Source: Oikopleura dioica
Lineage: Eukaryota > Animalia > Chordata
DNA length: 64,000 bases
Assembly: GCA_907165135.1 (NCBI GenBank)
Contig: OU015568.1
Span: forward strand, 5,642,001 to 5,706,000
Direction of reading: 5' to 3'
The position numbers were made by a program, and so were the translations under genes. Below the pieces are notes generated by a model. That model made no database searches. It was not told the DNA's origin and saw only the letters and a program-made list of their open reading frames with translations. Of the stretch, positions 45,428-58,300 are shown piece by piece (positions within the stretch are counted from its first letter, which is position 1; each line of letters begins with the position of its first letter).

Positions 45428-46993
45428 TTATGCATCAAGTTTGGCCAAGTTGTTCATGTAGGAACAGAGCACCTTGATGCCGTTGATGTAATTGAGTCGG
45501 TTGAACTTTTCGTTTTGGGAGTGGGCGCCGTCATCGGCCATTCCCATTGGAAGCAGCATGACGTTTTTCTTGGTGGCTTCTTGGAAGGTCAAGGTGATCG
45601 GAATAGAGCCACCTGAAGAGTCAATGTAAAGGAAAAAACAGCAAAAACAGTACCTTCTCGGGTGAAATCGGGATCAACATTGAACACTTCTCTGATCGCC
45701 TCTCGTCCAGCAACAAAGTTTGGATCCTTGATGTCAGCAACCCATGGAAGCCCGCCGTGACCCATGTCGAGCGAGATATCGCAGCTGGAGCCACTTTCTT
45801 CATGCAACTTCATCAAGTAGTCAGTGACCTTGGCCTTGATGTCGTCTGGGGTCTGGCTGGGGACGATTCGGAGCGAGAATTTGCCAATTACTTCTCGAGG
45901 AATGACGGTTTTTGCCCCTGAAATTCGATTAAAACAAGACTTTCTGAGCCTTCTCACCTGGATCAGCGTAGGCACCCTCGATTCCATGAAGAGAAAGAGT
46001 CGGGAATCGCCATCTGTTCATCAACAACTCGGCCTTCTTGTCCTTGATGAGTTTGTTGCAGCCAATGTCTTTTCGATACTCTTCCATGTCGAAGTCAATG
46101 TCTTTGTAAGAAGCGAGCTCTTCCTCCGTGACTGGATCGACCGTGTCGTTGATTCCAGGGACAAGAATAGTTCCGTCTCGTTTGACAAGTTTGGACATGA
46201 GATCGATGAGATGAGTCATTGCCTCTGGAACGGCTCCGCCAAAGACGCCCGAGTGCAAATCGGCGGCGGCGCACTTGACTTTCAGGAAAAAGTAGCAAAT
46301 GCCCCGGAGACCGTAGGTCAGACAAGGCTTCGTCTTTCCAAGCCAGTAATTGTCCGAGATGCAGACGTAGTCGACTTCCTTGCCGAAGAAGTCAGTTCGT
46401 CCGAGGACGGTTTCGTCCAGTCCTTCGCTGCCGGACTCTTCCATCCCTTCGAAGCAGAATTTCAAGTTGACTGGGAGTTCCACGCCGTTCTTTTGGAATG
46501 CTTCGATGGCGTTCATCCAGGCAATTACGGGACCCTTGTCGTCAGTCGACCCTCGACCGTAGAGCTTTCCGTCGCGTTCTTCCAGCGTCCACGGGTCCGA
46601 ATCCCAGCCGTCCTCGAGCTTCGCCGGCTGGACGTCAAGATGCCCGTAGACAAGGAGCGTTTTCTTGTTAGGATCGGTTCCAAGGCGGCCGAGGATGATG
46701 GGAGGGTAGGCAGCTTTGTTGCCACAGGGGAAGGTTTGTTCTCCAGCGGGGTTGGGGAAGAGCTCGGTCGTGGCGCCAAGCTTTTTCAAATCCTCGTTGA
46801 CGAGTTCGACCATTTTGATGGTTTCTGGGCGGCGCTCATACTCGGCAGAAACGGACTGAAAATTGATGAATCAACATTAATAAGTTAAAACCAAGAGGCT
46901 TTCAAATTAAGGTACCTTGACAGCCACAGCATCGGCAAGTCTCTTTATGTACAGGTCTTGGTTTTCATCGACATACTTGAAAAGCTTCTCCAT
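45428..46993 (-). CDS. CNDP2: Cytosolic non-specific dipeptidase (M20 family)
   Basis: [68 protein letters not shown] and [10 protein letters not shown]. Confidence 0.95.
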
Positions 46994-47488
46994 TTTCAGG
47001 GGCAAATTCTCGGACGCGTTTTACAGCTCACAACTTGCCAAAAGTAGCGGGTCTCCCGGACGTCTTGGCTCTTGATTGGGCAAAATCAAAGTCCAGACAA
47101 ACAGTCTTTTCTCTGCAAGAATGTTCCCTCAGAGTCTGTTTATTTTCTTGCTCCTGTTGTTTGCTGACTGTCTTTTGCGCAAATCTAATTTACTGTTGAA
47201 TTAGTTTCTTCTATTTCCGATCTCAAAATTGAAATGAAGCGCGAAGAAATGATAAAAATGGGTCAAAATTGAAAGGTTGCGAGTTTGTGCTTATTATGTC
47301 ACGGATTCGCCGTCTTTTATAGAAGAAAAGAGAGTTGCTCAAGTCACGTGACTCTTCATAAGACAACTTGAGCTGAGCAAAGTATGAAGGGTTAGGTTTG
47401 TATTGCGTAGAATTGTGAACAATCGGAAGCATCAGGAAAGGGAATGCAGAAATAGAATAAGTCAGTGAAAAATAAGTGAGCTAAGATT

Positions 47489-50400
47489 TTAGTGAACTAG
47501 TTTGTAAACATGTTCTTCGTACGAGCCGACGGCAACTGTCCGTCCTTTAGCGCCCATTTCGTTGATCGCATCGACCATTTTTTCGACTAGTTTTCGCGTT
47601 GTTGTTGGAGCATTTAGGAAGCCACAGATCTTAGTGAGATTTTAAGAAACGATAGGTTTTGAAGCTCTTACCTGTTCCTTCGAAGCAGTGATCTTCCAAG
47701 AGTTCTCGGTGTGGCCCGTTTGAATCGGTCTTATTTCAAGTTGGCTGACCAGAGAGCGGATTATTTGACCAGTGACATCCGAGACGACAAGAACAAGGTT
47801 TTTCATCTGAATTTGTGATAAAAAGGGATCAAGGAGTAGCTTATAGTATGAAAATTGAAGATATATAAGAGTCTCCACCTTTTGACACTAACCTTAGACA
47901 AAAGAGGATGGTGACTGATAGCTTCTTCGATTCCTTTATGCATCGAGCTTTTCCAAGCACTTTTCCCCGGCTTGCTATGTTCCTTCGCCCCTTTGAGCGT
48001 CACATAAATAACTTCCTCGACAATCTTGGTCGTCGTCGAGGAAACAGATTTTCTCAAGCTCTGTCTGGCATTTTCTGAGTCGGAATTAGCAATCGACGCG
48101 ATTTTCGAAGAGAGAAAGTCGAAGATACAGATTTTATCGTCGGCGACGGAGCTGTAGATGAAAGGATCGTTGGAGTCCAGACGACTTGTTGACTGCGCTT
48201 TTCTGGTGAACTCCGTCGGAGGGTGAGGCCGCCGCGAGGTCAAATGCTCATTGACATCGAAAACGAACAATTTCTCGATCAACTGCAGGTCTTTTTCTTT
48301 CTCAATCGACAGGAAAATCAGCAAAGGAGCGGAGCACATTTTCGCCTCCTTCAACGCCGCTTCCTTCGTTTCTTTCGCCGGGAGAGAGCTTGGAAGATCG
48401 ACGATTCCAGCTCGTAGGTTTGACTTTTCCAGAAAAGTTAAAAGCGCCAAACGAGCAAGATCGGCCTTGTCGGTGTAAATCAGCACTTTGGGATGTTCGC
48501 AAGCGAGAGAACGGACGGGAGAACATGATTCTTGAAGATCGTCGATGAAGAAATCCAGCGAATATGCGTGTAGAAGTCGCGAGACGGGAAATACTGATGA
48601 TTTGATTTCGTATTCCGTGGCTGATGCAACGATGAAGGTATCGTTTTGGCCTGGGCGCAGCTGACTATCACGCTCTCCCACTAACTAAAAGATGAAGATG
48701 ATTATTTTGGTTCTAGAGGGGAAGAAGGAAGACGAACCTGGAAAGTGAGGCCCACGGAGTCTTGAGTCGGTAGCAAAGATGGTCGGTAGAAAACTTCAAC
48801 GTCTAAATTTCAGATGTTAAATGAATTGATAGTTATTCTTTATTGGGTTCCAAAACCTTTGTAAAAACCTGAGTCAGGTTCCTAAATGAGCTTTGCTGTT
48901 GAAAAACAGCTTCTTTTAATCGAGCTTTTTCAGGAGCCTGACTTACGGTTAAACACAGGTTGGCGACCCAACCTCCGAACCCCATTCTTACCAGGAAGGA
49001 TGGTGGATAAAGAGTCGGAAATCGCCTCCAGTGCTTCATACGCCGCTCTTGAAGAATTCGATTTGAGAAAAGGAAGAATTCTCTGCCGAGAAGTCTTGAT
49101 GTCATAAATATTCAACGCAGTGATGTACTAAAATCATCATTATTTCAATCCATTTCTGAAGTTTTTCTGATACCTTTTCATCCGTAAGATATTCGCCAAT
49201 CATTCGTTTAAACGCCCTGTCACGTGATAAGTTAAAAATCGTCGAGCGTTGGAAGTTTCGTTTTTGGGAAATTTTCACCAAATGGGATTTGATTCTTTCC
49301 GCCCCGCGCAAGGCAATGGAGCTGATGATGCTTTTCGTAATTTCGACGTGATTGAGGTGGATTTGAATCTTTTGGTTTGGAAACAGTTCGAACCAATTGT
49401 GGAAGAGGGATAGCAATTCGACCATTTGATGGCGGTAGAGGCTGTCGACGAGGGAAAGACGAAGCGTGTGTTTTTGACGAGGATGTTGGCCGTCGCTGTA
49501 GAGACCTTCAAAGACTGGGATGAGTTGGAAAAGACGGTCGCTTTGAGTTTTGGTGGCGACGCAGTAGTTTTGGAGGCCGTATCGTTGAGCGTCGGATAAA
49601 TGTACCACCATTCCGCTGTTTTCCAAAACCCTGGGCGAGCTACTCGAAGTGGTTGAAAAAGGGTTGAGAATAGGCAGATCGAGAAAGCGATATTTCCTGC
49701 TGACAAATTTAGCAATGAAGATTTGTTGAAACATGAAGCCAGTTGGCGGACACTTGCTCTGGGCATTCAACCGGTCGAATTCGTCGCGAATGAACTCGAC
49801 CTGCGATTTGGGCGAAGGAGTGGGCTTGAAGAGCTCTTTGAGAATGACTTGGAATGACTTTGAAGACTGTTTTTGGCAAGCCGCGCGGCTGAACTCTTGC
49901 ACCTCGCGAATGTGGCTTTCTGACTCTTCGAGCAGCGCACTTTTATCGGCAAGACTTCGAGACTCTGCAGTGCGGAGGGTCGCTTTTCGGGCTCTTTGTG
50001 CAGCAAACCGATGATGATCTTCTCCGCGTCCTTGTCTTCGGAGCTGAATTCTTCTGGGAAGATATATTCGTCTTTGAGCTTGAGGATCTTTTCCAATCGC
50101 TCTCGGCTTTGATCTGGCATCCGATGAAAGACTTCGAAAAGAATGATTCCAAGAGCGTACATGTCGACTTTCGAGCTTATGGGTGATTTTCTCTTTGTAT
50201 CAAAATACTCTGGCGCAATGTACAACGGAGTTCCAGCCAGCGACGTCTTGTCCGAATCCTTGCTAGAATTGAATCGTTGAATTCTGTATTCCGTTCCAGC
50301 GTGCCGGGCGAGGCCAAAATCGCCAATTTTCACATGACGATTTGAATCGAGAAAGATGTTTCCAGGCTTCAGGTCTCTGTGAATCGTCTTGTTCGAATGA

Positions 50401-53400
50401 ATATAGTTCAAGCCCTCGAAGCACTCCCTAGCGATCATCCAGGCGCGTTCGGAAGGGATCGATTCTGTGGAAATTTCGTCCTTGAGAGTTCGATTGGAGC
50501 AGAATTCCATTTGAATGAAAATGTACTCGAGCGCTTGAGGAGACGGGGAACCATCTTCTTCGCAAAAAGAAAGTTTCCAACTCCCGCGACGGGATTCGGA
50601 GAGGACTCTTCTTCGCTCAGCCGCTGCTTCTGGCGATAAGCTTTCCTCCTCTTCATCCTCGTCGCTCGTAAAGCATTCGGATTTGGTCGAAAAGTCGATC
50701 TCTTCAGAGTCTGAGCCACTCATGTCGCCTGAAAAGTCGTCGTTGTAAAAAGAAGAAGTTCCAGCAATCGAGGCAAACTTGAGTTGATTCAGTTCCAAAA
50801 GGGACTCGTCTCGCAGCCGCTCGCTCTTTTCCATCTCTGAGGTAGTTCTGGAACGAGCAGGGAGAAGCCCTTTTATTTCGTGAATTTCCTTCCAGGAGTG
50901 ATAGTATCGGACGATATTTTCATGATTGAGTCTTGAGAGCAAATTCGCCTCCCGCAAAATTTTCTGCGAAAGACGCTCATTCTTTGGCAGCGGGATCTTC
51001 TTCACAGCGTAGCTTTGACCATCAATTTTATGCCTCAATCGCGCCACTGAGCCGAATCCGCCTGCGCCGATGATGCTTATTTCGTCGAAACAGGGGTCTG
51101 GATTCGCCTAGCGAATTCGCTCATGAGCGAAGCGAAGCAGAGCGAAGCGAATTCGCTTCGCTTTCGCTTTTGGTAATTTCAGTTCGCTTCGCTTCGCTTT
51201 CGCTTTTTACCAAAAATTTTCGCGAAAAATTGCGCTCAACATAAATCGTTCTTAGAGTTGAATATTTTGTTTTTTTATTAGCTTTTGCGAAAGAAAAATT
51301 TTGCGAAAAATTTTGCTTATTGAACTAAGCTTGCACTTATAAGATTGCCAGAGATATCCGATTGCCAAACTCGGGGAAACGGCGACTTGGGCAAACAGCG
51401 ACGTAAATTAATTTATATTGATTAGTCATAAAAGTTTAATAATTGTCACACAGTCAATCCTGGCTTCACCAACTTTAATCCCGGCTTCAACAACCTCGAT
51501 TCTGGCTTTTCAGACGTCATTTCTGGCCTCTCATACCGTCAGTCCCGGCTTCTCAGTTGTCAATCATGGTACTCTAAAATTGGATTGACGTTGGAAAAGC
51601 CTAGGTTGAAATTGATGAAGCCGGGATGGACGTTCGAGAAGTCGGGATGAACGTCCAATAACCCGGGATCGGCATTGCCAATGCCGCACTGGTAAAGCCA
51701 TGATTGAAGTCGGTGAAGCCAGGATTGACGATAAAGAAACCGGAATTGAGGAAAGAGAAGCCAAGATTGACATAATATCAATGATATAGGAGAAGACTTG
51801 ATTGAAGTTGGTGAAGCCAATGTTTAGTGATCATTGATCAATCAATATACGTTTATTCACATGGCAGTTTGCCCAAGATTTCGGTTTCCCAAGTTGGGTA
51901 AACGGCGATTTGGGCAAATGGAGATTACTCGAGCCTCACATCCTCTTTAGCTGAGTTAGATCAGAAAATTCACGATTTCGCTCTTTCCGGAGAGGGAGTC
52001 CGAAATTCGGACTCCGAATGCCCGAAAAACAAATAAAATTGAAACCGAACTTAAAATGGACACTTTTCAAAGGTCAAATATTTTCGGAAAATTTTCGCTT
52101 TTTAGAATAACTTTTCGCTTCGCTTCGCTTTCGCTTTCGAAATTTTGATTCGCTTCGCTTCGCTTTCGCTTTAAATTTTTGAAAAATTTTCGCTTTCGCT
52201 TTTCATTTTTGGCCAAAATCCAGACCCCTGGTCGAAACGATCGTCCTTCGTGAAATTCTCCGCTGTTTCGCTTTCGTGGCTGAAGCTTTCGTCCAAACTC
52301 GACGGCGCTTCATTTTGAATGTTTTCGCTTTTTCTTCGTTGCAAAAATCGCTGATTCATGAGCGCTTTGACGTTTTGGGAGTTGACGTGTTTTCGTTCTG
52401 TTGCTTCGCTGATGAACGCGTTGAAAAGAGACTTCTCTTCGCCACTGAGGGCGAGGCCACTGGCGACGCGGGAGAGCACGCCGGCGATGTTGGCCAGATC
52501 GAAGTTGTTCATGATGTTTTCGACTTGTTGGAAACCGACGACGAAGAAACCAAGCTCCGTAGCTTGCTGAAATTATCATCAGAAATTCTGAATATTCTAA
52601 ATTCTGAATATATATATTCTGATTCAGAATATTTAATGGGAAAAGAGCCAAACCTTGACAAGCTGCTTCATCCCCGCCCCCACCAGCTGCAGCGTCTTGT
52701 TATCCGTGTTGAAGAAAATTGAGCTCTCGGAAATGTGGCCATGCGCAACTTGAGCGATCATCAAAGCATCTACAGCGAACAACAAGTCCTTGGCCAAGGC
52801 TCGTAGCTGATCGTAATTCCTTGCTTCGGCGAACTTGAAATTGTGCAAGAACGGGTAAATGAGATAGACTCGCGAGCCAGAATTGAGGCCGCTTTGGGAA
52901 ACGCTCTTCTCGTCGAAATAATCGCGCAGAAAGTCCCAGTCTTTCGAGGAGACGAAGTCGATGGACGATTCTACTGTCACCGCGAAAGGACTAAAAAGGG
53001 CTCAAGAACTCAATCCCAAAAGCACTAGAACTCACGTCATTAAATATTTTTGCCCTTCTTTGGCAGCTTTTTCGAGGCGATTGAAAAGCATCGTTGAAAA
53101 CGACTTCAGTCGGGCGGTCCGTTCATCAAGACGCTCGAGTGATTTTGGGATGAGATTGATGATGTACGCCATGTAAACAGTTCCATTCGGGTGGATAACC
53201 ATTCGTTTTTCATAACCAAAAGGGCTTCAAAAGGTTCTCAAAAACCTAGAATGCCAAAAAAAGATAAATTCTACAGACTAATCGCAAGATAGCGATACTT
53301 CCCATCAAGCGCCCTCATTGGTCGAAATAAACACCCTGCTCGCTCGACCAATCAGGGCGCTCGATGGAAAATGTTGTTATCGAGAAACGCGGCTGTACAA

Positions 53401-54436
53401 ATCTTGTTCCTTTTTGAACCTATTCTCAATTCGTCGGAAACCCTGCGACACTTGTACATTGGAATCTTGTGCTCTTCCTTTCCGTCATCTACTTCGACGA
53501 ATTCCAAAAGAACTCTTCCTTCCAAATGCGGATTCTTGTCGAAGAAAGATTCTTTCTCGTGCTTGCTTTTTCCATTGCTGAACATCGACATTCCCTTTTT
53601 CTCTCTTCCTTGATTTTGCGCCTTCGTGAAATCTCTAAAAAACAAAAACTTGAAAGACTGGAGGATGGTAAATTCGCTCTCACGTCGTGCTAATCACTCG
53701 GCCGGTGCTTCGTATCCTGTATAGAATTTCACGAATTTCGAACGACAAGTCCAGTAGATACGGATCGCCGAGACGATCGCGCGCTTTTTGCATGAGCTCA
53801 TCTTCAATTTTTTTCAGGTCGTCTTGGGCCACCTTGCTGCCGGTGATCTTCGACGCCTCGACCGTGATCTTGCTCGGCACTTCATCTGGATATCCTCCTG
53901 TCAGGTTGATAGTAACATTTACGACGTATTGCTCCGCCGTGTCGCCCCAACTGGAGCGCGATTCTTGAGGGCCCAAGTAGAAGGAAACAATGGGAGGAAT
54001 GTATTTTCTGTTTTCATCGAATTTCTTTGCACGCAAGTCACTAAACAATCATCATGAGCTGCGTTGCATGCATCCTGTGTTACATAGTAGAAAACCTGAG
54101 TCAGGGTCCTCAAAGAGTTTCAAGGAAAAGCCGCGTATTATTGAAACTCCTTGAGGACCCGGAGTAAGATTTTCTACAAAGGCAACCTGTGTCATAAACC
54201 TGTGTCATAAACCTGAGTCAGGGTCTGAAAGATGTCCAATGACAAGCTTTCAGACCCTGACTCAGGTTTTCTACACAGGTTGCCGAACCTAGAGCAGAAG
54301 GGATCGGAAGAAAAGAGTACCTGAATTCAGTGTTGGTGTAAATCTGCCTGAGCGAGTAGATTTCTCCTTCGCAAATATCGCGGTTGTCATCCGCGACCAT
54401 ATTGGCACATTCTGAAATCCCCACGTTATCACTCAT
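47489..54436 (-). CDS. EIF2AK4: eIF2-alpha kinase GCN2 (RWD, pseudokinase, kinase, degenerate HisRS-like and C-terminal domains)
   Basis: RWD YPDEVP, GAGGFG, YAVKKI, LSRLNHENIVRYY, a long acidic kinase insert, IQMEFC, HRDLKPGN and KIGDFGLA; the domain order matches GCN2. Confidence 0.9.
51091..52230. mobile_element. hAT-like element inserted at the start of the GCN2 kinase domain
   Basis: TIRs CAGGGGTCTGGATT / AATCCAGACCCCTG, duplicated GTCGAAA(C) at 51084-51090 and 52231-52238, and TTCGC subterminal repeats. Confidence 0.9.
51355..51925. mobile_element. Second copy of the 21-bp-minisatellite foldback element, nested in the GCN2 insertion
   Basis: GGGAAACGGCGACTTGGGCAAAC ends and CAATCCCGGCTTC units, as in 37188-37896. 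Confidence 0.75.
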
Positions 54437-55330
54437 ACGAAATTGGTATTCAATGGCTACCCTTTTTCTCTGATTCTCTGTTTTCGTTCAGAGCGATTTT
54501 CCCCGAAGAAAAATTCGTTGACGAAGATTTTCGTCAGAAAAATAAGAAATTATCGGAAGACATTAGTTGATATTTTCTTATCTAGAATTCGAAGTAGATT
54601 TTGTTGAAAGTGAAAATGGAAAATGAACTTTGAAGATTGAAGTAGATTTCTCTCATTTCTGCGCTTCTCTATTTTTCGTAGATTTTCGTGTCTTTTGAAA
54701 ATGATGTTGCGCGTGTGGGAAAAAGAGCGCGGAGGACTTTTCACGCTGGAAGAAGAGACGGCTTGTTGAGGAATAATATAATATAATTATAATAAATTAT
54801 AAATAATATATAAATAATATTAATTTAGTTATATTTTTATAAAATATATAATTTAAATATAATTAAAATAATATAATTTACCGCATCTTCTCTCTGTCTG
54901 GTAGACAGTCGGATGCTTGGTGTCAGTCTGTTAATTAAAATTGCTCTTGATAAAATTATTGGCGAGTCGATAAATATTGAAAACGCAACTAATTTTTGAT
55001 ATCGAGGAAATCGACTGTATCAATAATAAAATGACAAAATTGACATCAAGGAAGAAAAGACGCTAGTTTTCGCTTTTTTCAGAAAAAAGATCCTATTTTT
55101 TCAATTTCTTTTTTGGGCAGAAGAAACATTTGTTTTTTAATTGTACTCTGAGAATAATTTAGGCGATTATCAAGTGAGGGCGCCAACGGGCCAATTTGGG
55201 CACATCAGCGCTGAACTTCGATCGGCCCGTCTTTTTCCCCTTTTCGGCTTTCGTTTTCTTAAAAAAAATGTGACTGGAGATGATCTGAGCACGTGTTCCT
55301 TCCAATTTTGTTTATTCAAGCTGCAGAAGC

Positions 55331-58300
55331 ATGAGCAGAGATATCTGGCCTGAAAATGGACTTCACTCACAAGGACAAATGCTGAAAATTAATAATGTAC
55401 GTTCATTCAAATAATGATTAAAAATATTAAAAAAATTTAAGGGGGTAGGCATCGATAAACCTGATTTTTGATAAAAAAAATATCATTTTGAAATCCTTAT
55501 TATTTTCGAGACAAAATTTAATTTTTGCTCTAGAAAAGCTTTGGCATCGAAATTAGCTCAGAAACCTGTGTTGAAAACCTGAGTCAGGATTTGAAAGAGC
55601 ATTGATAAAAAGCCGCAAAATGAATTAAAATGGTAGTTTTCGGCTTTATTTCTGCGCAGCTTTTTTATCGAAGCTGTTTTAAATCCTGACTCAGGTTTTC
55701 TACACAGGTTTCTGAGCAAATTTCGATACCCAAGCGACACTCAAGAGCAAAAATACAATTTTGTCTCGAAAATAATAAGGATTACAAAATGATATTTTTG
55801 TATTAAAAATGGGGTTTAACGATGCCTACCCCTTAATATTTTTTAATAATGAATAATGAACAGTTTTTACTTTTCCCTCTGTATTACAGAGTCTGTAAGA
55901 CAAAATAAAAGTGTCGGCTTTTTTTCATATATTTTAACTGTATAACTGTATATTTAGCTATTTCGGCAAGGATTCCCAACAGGCGCCAGCTCATTCGATA
56001 TCGACCCAGTCCAGGAACTCGTCGTGATAGGAAGAGTTGAATTATGCAGCAGCGTTGCTTTAGAATTAATGTACAGCGCATCAAGTGAACTCAGTGGATC
56101 ACACATTGGGTAAACAGTTGCCTCGCCACTTTTTACCAAGCTGCTTGCATGGAAAGAAAACTCTTTTGACAGGCACGCGATTCGGTGCCGTGAGAATCTT
56201 TGGTCGCAAGGGAGTCGATGTTTCTTTCGAACATGCGAGTCAGACTGAACTGACGAATCTTACTTTTATTGTCAACAAGGTAAGCATACAGTATGCTGCA
56301 TACTAACTCATTTACTATGACTCATAGTCTATTATTTTCAGGAGTTTTCATGAGTTTTCATGATTTTTCATGGTGAGCTGAAAATTGAGAAGAAACCTGT
56401 GTAAAAACCTGAGTCAGGCTCTGAAAGATCTCAAATAAAAAGCTGCGAGCCGGCTTCTTTAAAAACAAAGCCGCTATGCGGCTTCTTGATAAAAGCCGCT
56501 ACGCGGCTTTTCATGAAAGATCTTTCAGACCCTGACTCAGGTTTTCTACACAGGTTTTCGAGCTTAGATTAATTTCAGAACACATTAATTCCTCGTGAAA
56601 TGAAAATATGCGTGAAAACATTGTTTTTGAAACCGCGAAAACAGAACATTGAATAAATGATGTCTACACATTGAATCACGGATCCGTTGAATTTATTAAT
56701 TAGGGGTGCTCGCTTTAATAAATCACCCCCTTAGCGCGCTATATTCAGGGTTATTTGGTGACAGTTGGCGATGGATACAACTTGCATCTTTGGGACTTGA
56801 ACTCGCCAAGGCCAACTTTGCTCCACACGCTTCGATTTAGCTCGGAAAGGGTGAGCTACGTCTACTCGCCGGTGGAATCGGACTGGTTGTTTGTCGGAAC
56901 GGAGAAGGGCAATATTCATATTGTGCAGCTACCGAGCTTCCAATTGTCCAGCTATACGATTCATTGGAACAAAGGTACCCTTATCCTTGATCTTGGCTTG
57001 ACGCTGTCTAGTAGACAGCCTGCGTAGAAAACCTGAGTCAGGCTTCTGATAAAAGTTTTTCAGAACCCTGACTCAGGTTTTCTACACAGGTTGCCGAACG
57101 GTTCGGCCTGAACCAAGACCTCTATTTTTCATCCCTTTTTTATCAACAAAATTAAGCAATCGAGCTGAGTTGTCGTTCCCGCCCGGGCAAAATCTGTCAA
57201 ATACAAGAAAACCCTTATGATTCAAACAAACTCCTCCTCGGCTTCGAATCCGGATACTTGGTTCTTTGGAACATCTCCGAGAAAAACGCCGAGTTGCGGT
57301 TCCGCTGTCACGCGGAGCTGACATGCCTTTTCTGGCACCACGAAGGGAAGCAGTTTATGACGGGCCACAAAGACGGTCAGCTAGCGATTTGGAACGTCAA
57401 ATCGTCAGAACCGACGGCGAAATTTAACCCGTACCAGGACGATAAAGAGTCGGAAGCTGAGCGAGTGCGGTAAAGCCATTTTTCGTGAATAAAACTGAAC
57501 TTGTTCAGGAGCGGGTCGAAATTTTCCCCGATCGAGCAAGTTGCCTGGTTTGGAAAATCGAATGGCGACAGTTTGATCATTTTTACGGGGGTGTTCCGGT
57601 TGACAATGACTTGCAAGAGCGGAATCTTGTGTCGGTTCTGAGAGGATCAGATGTTTCAATGCTCGAAATGGACTACAAGATCTTGTCTTTTAAGCCGATT
57701 CTTAAGGTAAGCTCGCAATATAATATAATATAATATAATATAATATAATATAATATAATATAATATAATATAATATAATATAATATAATATAATATAATA
57801 TAATATAATATAATATAATATAATATAATATAATATAATATAATATAATATAATATGATTCAAGAGTCCCTGGACATGCGAAAATGAGCCGCCAAAATCG
57901 CTGATGATTTTGCTGGAGCGAGATTGGGTGACTATCGATTTGGATCCTCAAAAGAAATTTGCTGTTATTCCAAATCCACATGCGGGTAGATTTTCATTAT
58001 CAACGACGAGTTAATTAATCCTCTTTGCCTTCTTCCAAGTTGACATACACGAGTCGCCCGTCACCGCGGTGAAGTACATTGCAGATGAAAAATCAATTTT
58101 GACGAAGCTTCTTCTTCATTCTTCTTCAAAAAGCGCGACTCAAGAAAAAGCTCCTGAATCCTGGCCGATTGGCGGTGGTGAATTGTAAGCTCCTTTTTTG
58201 AAATGGCAAATCCAAAATTAATTTGCCCGCGTACAAAATGTCCTAAATAACTAATGACGCGCTACGTAGGGTCTCAGCTGCTTGTCAGATTCACTCAGTC

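Noticed and set aside
45824-46888. 354-aa plus-strand ORF
   Set aside because: Antisense to CNDP2 exons, with no recognisable motifs.
57673-57981. YYIIL-repeat ORF
   Set aside because: Translation of the (AATAT)n microsatellite.
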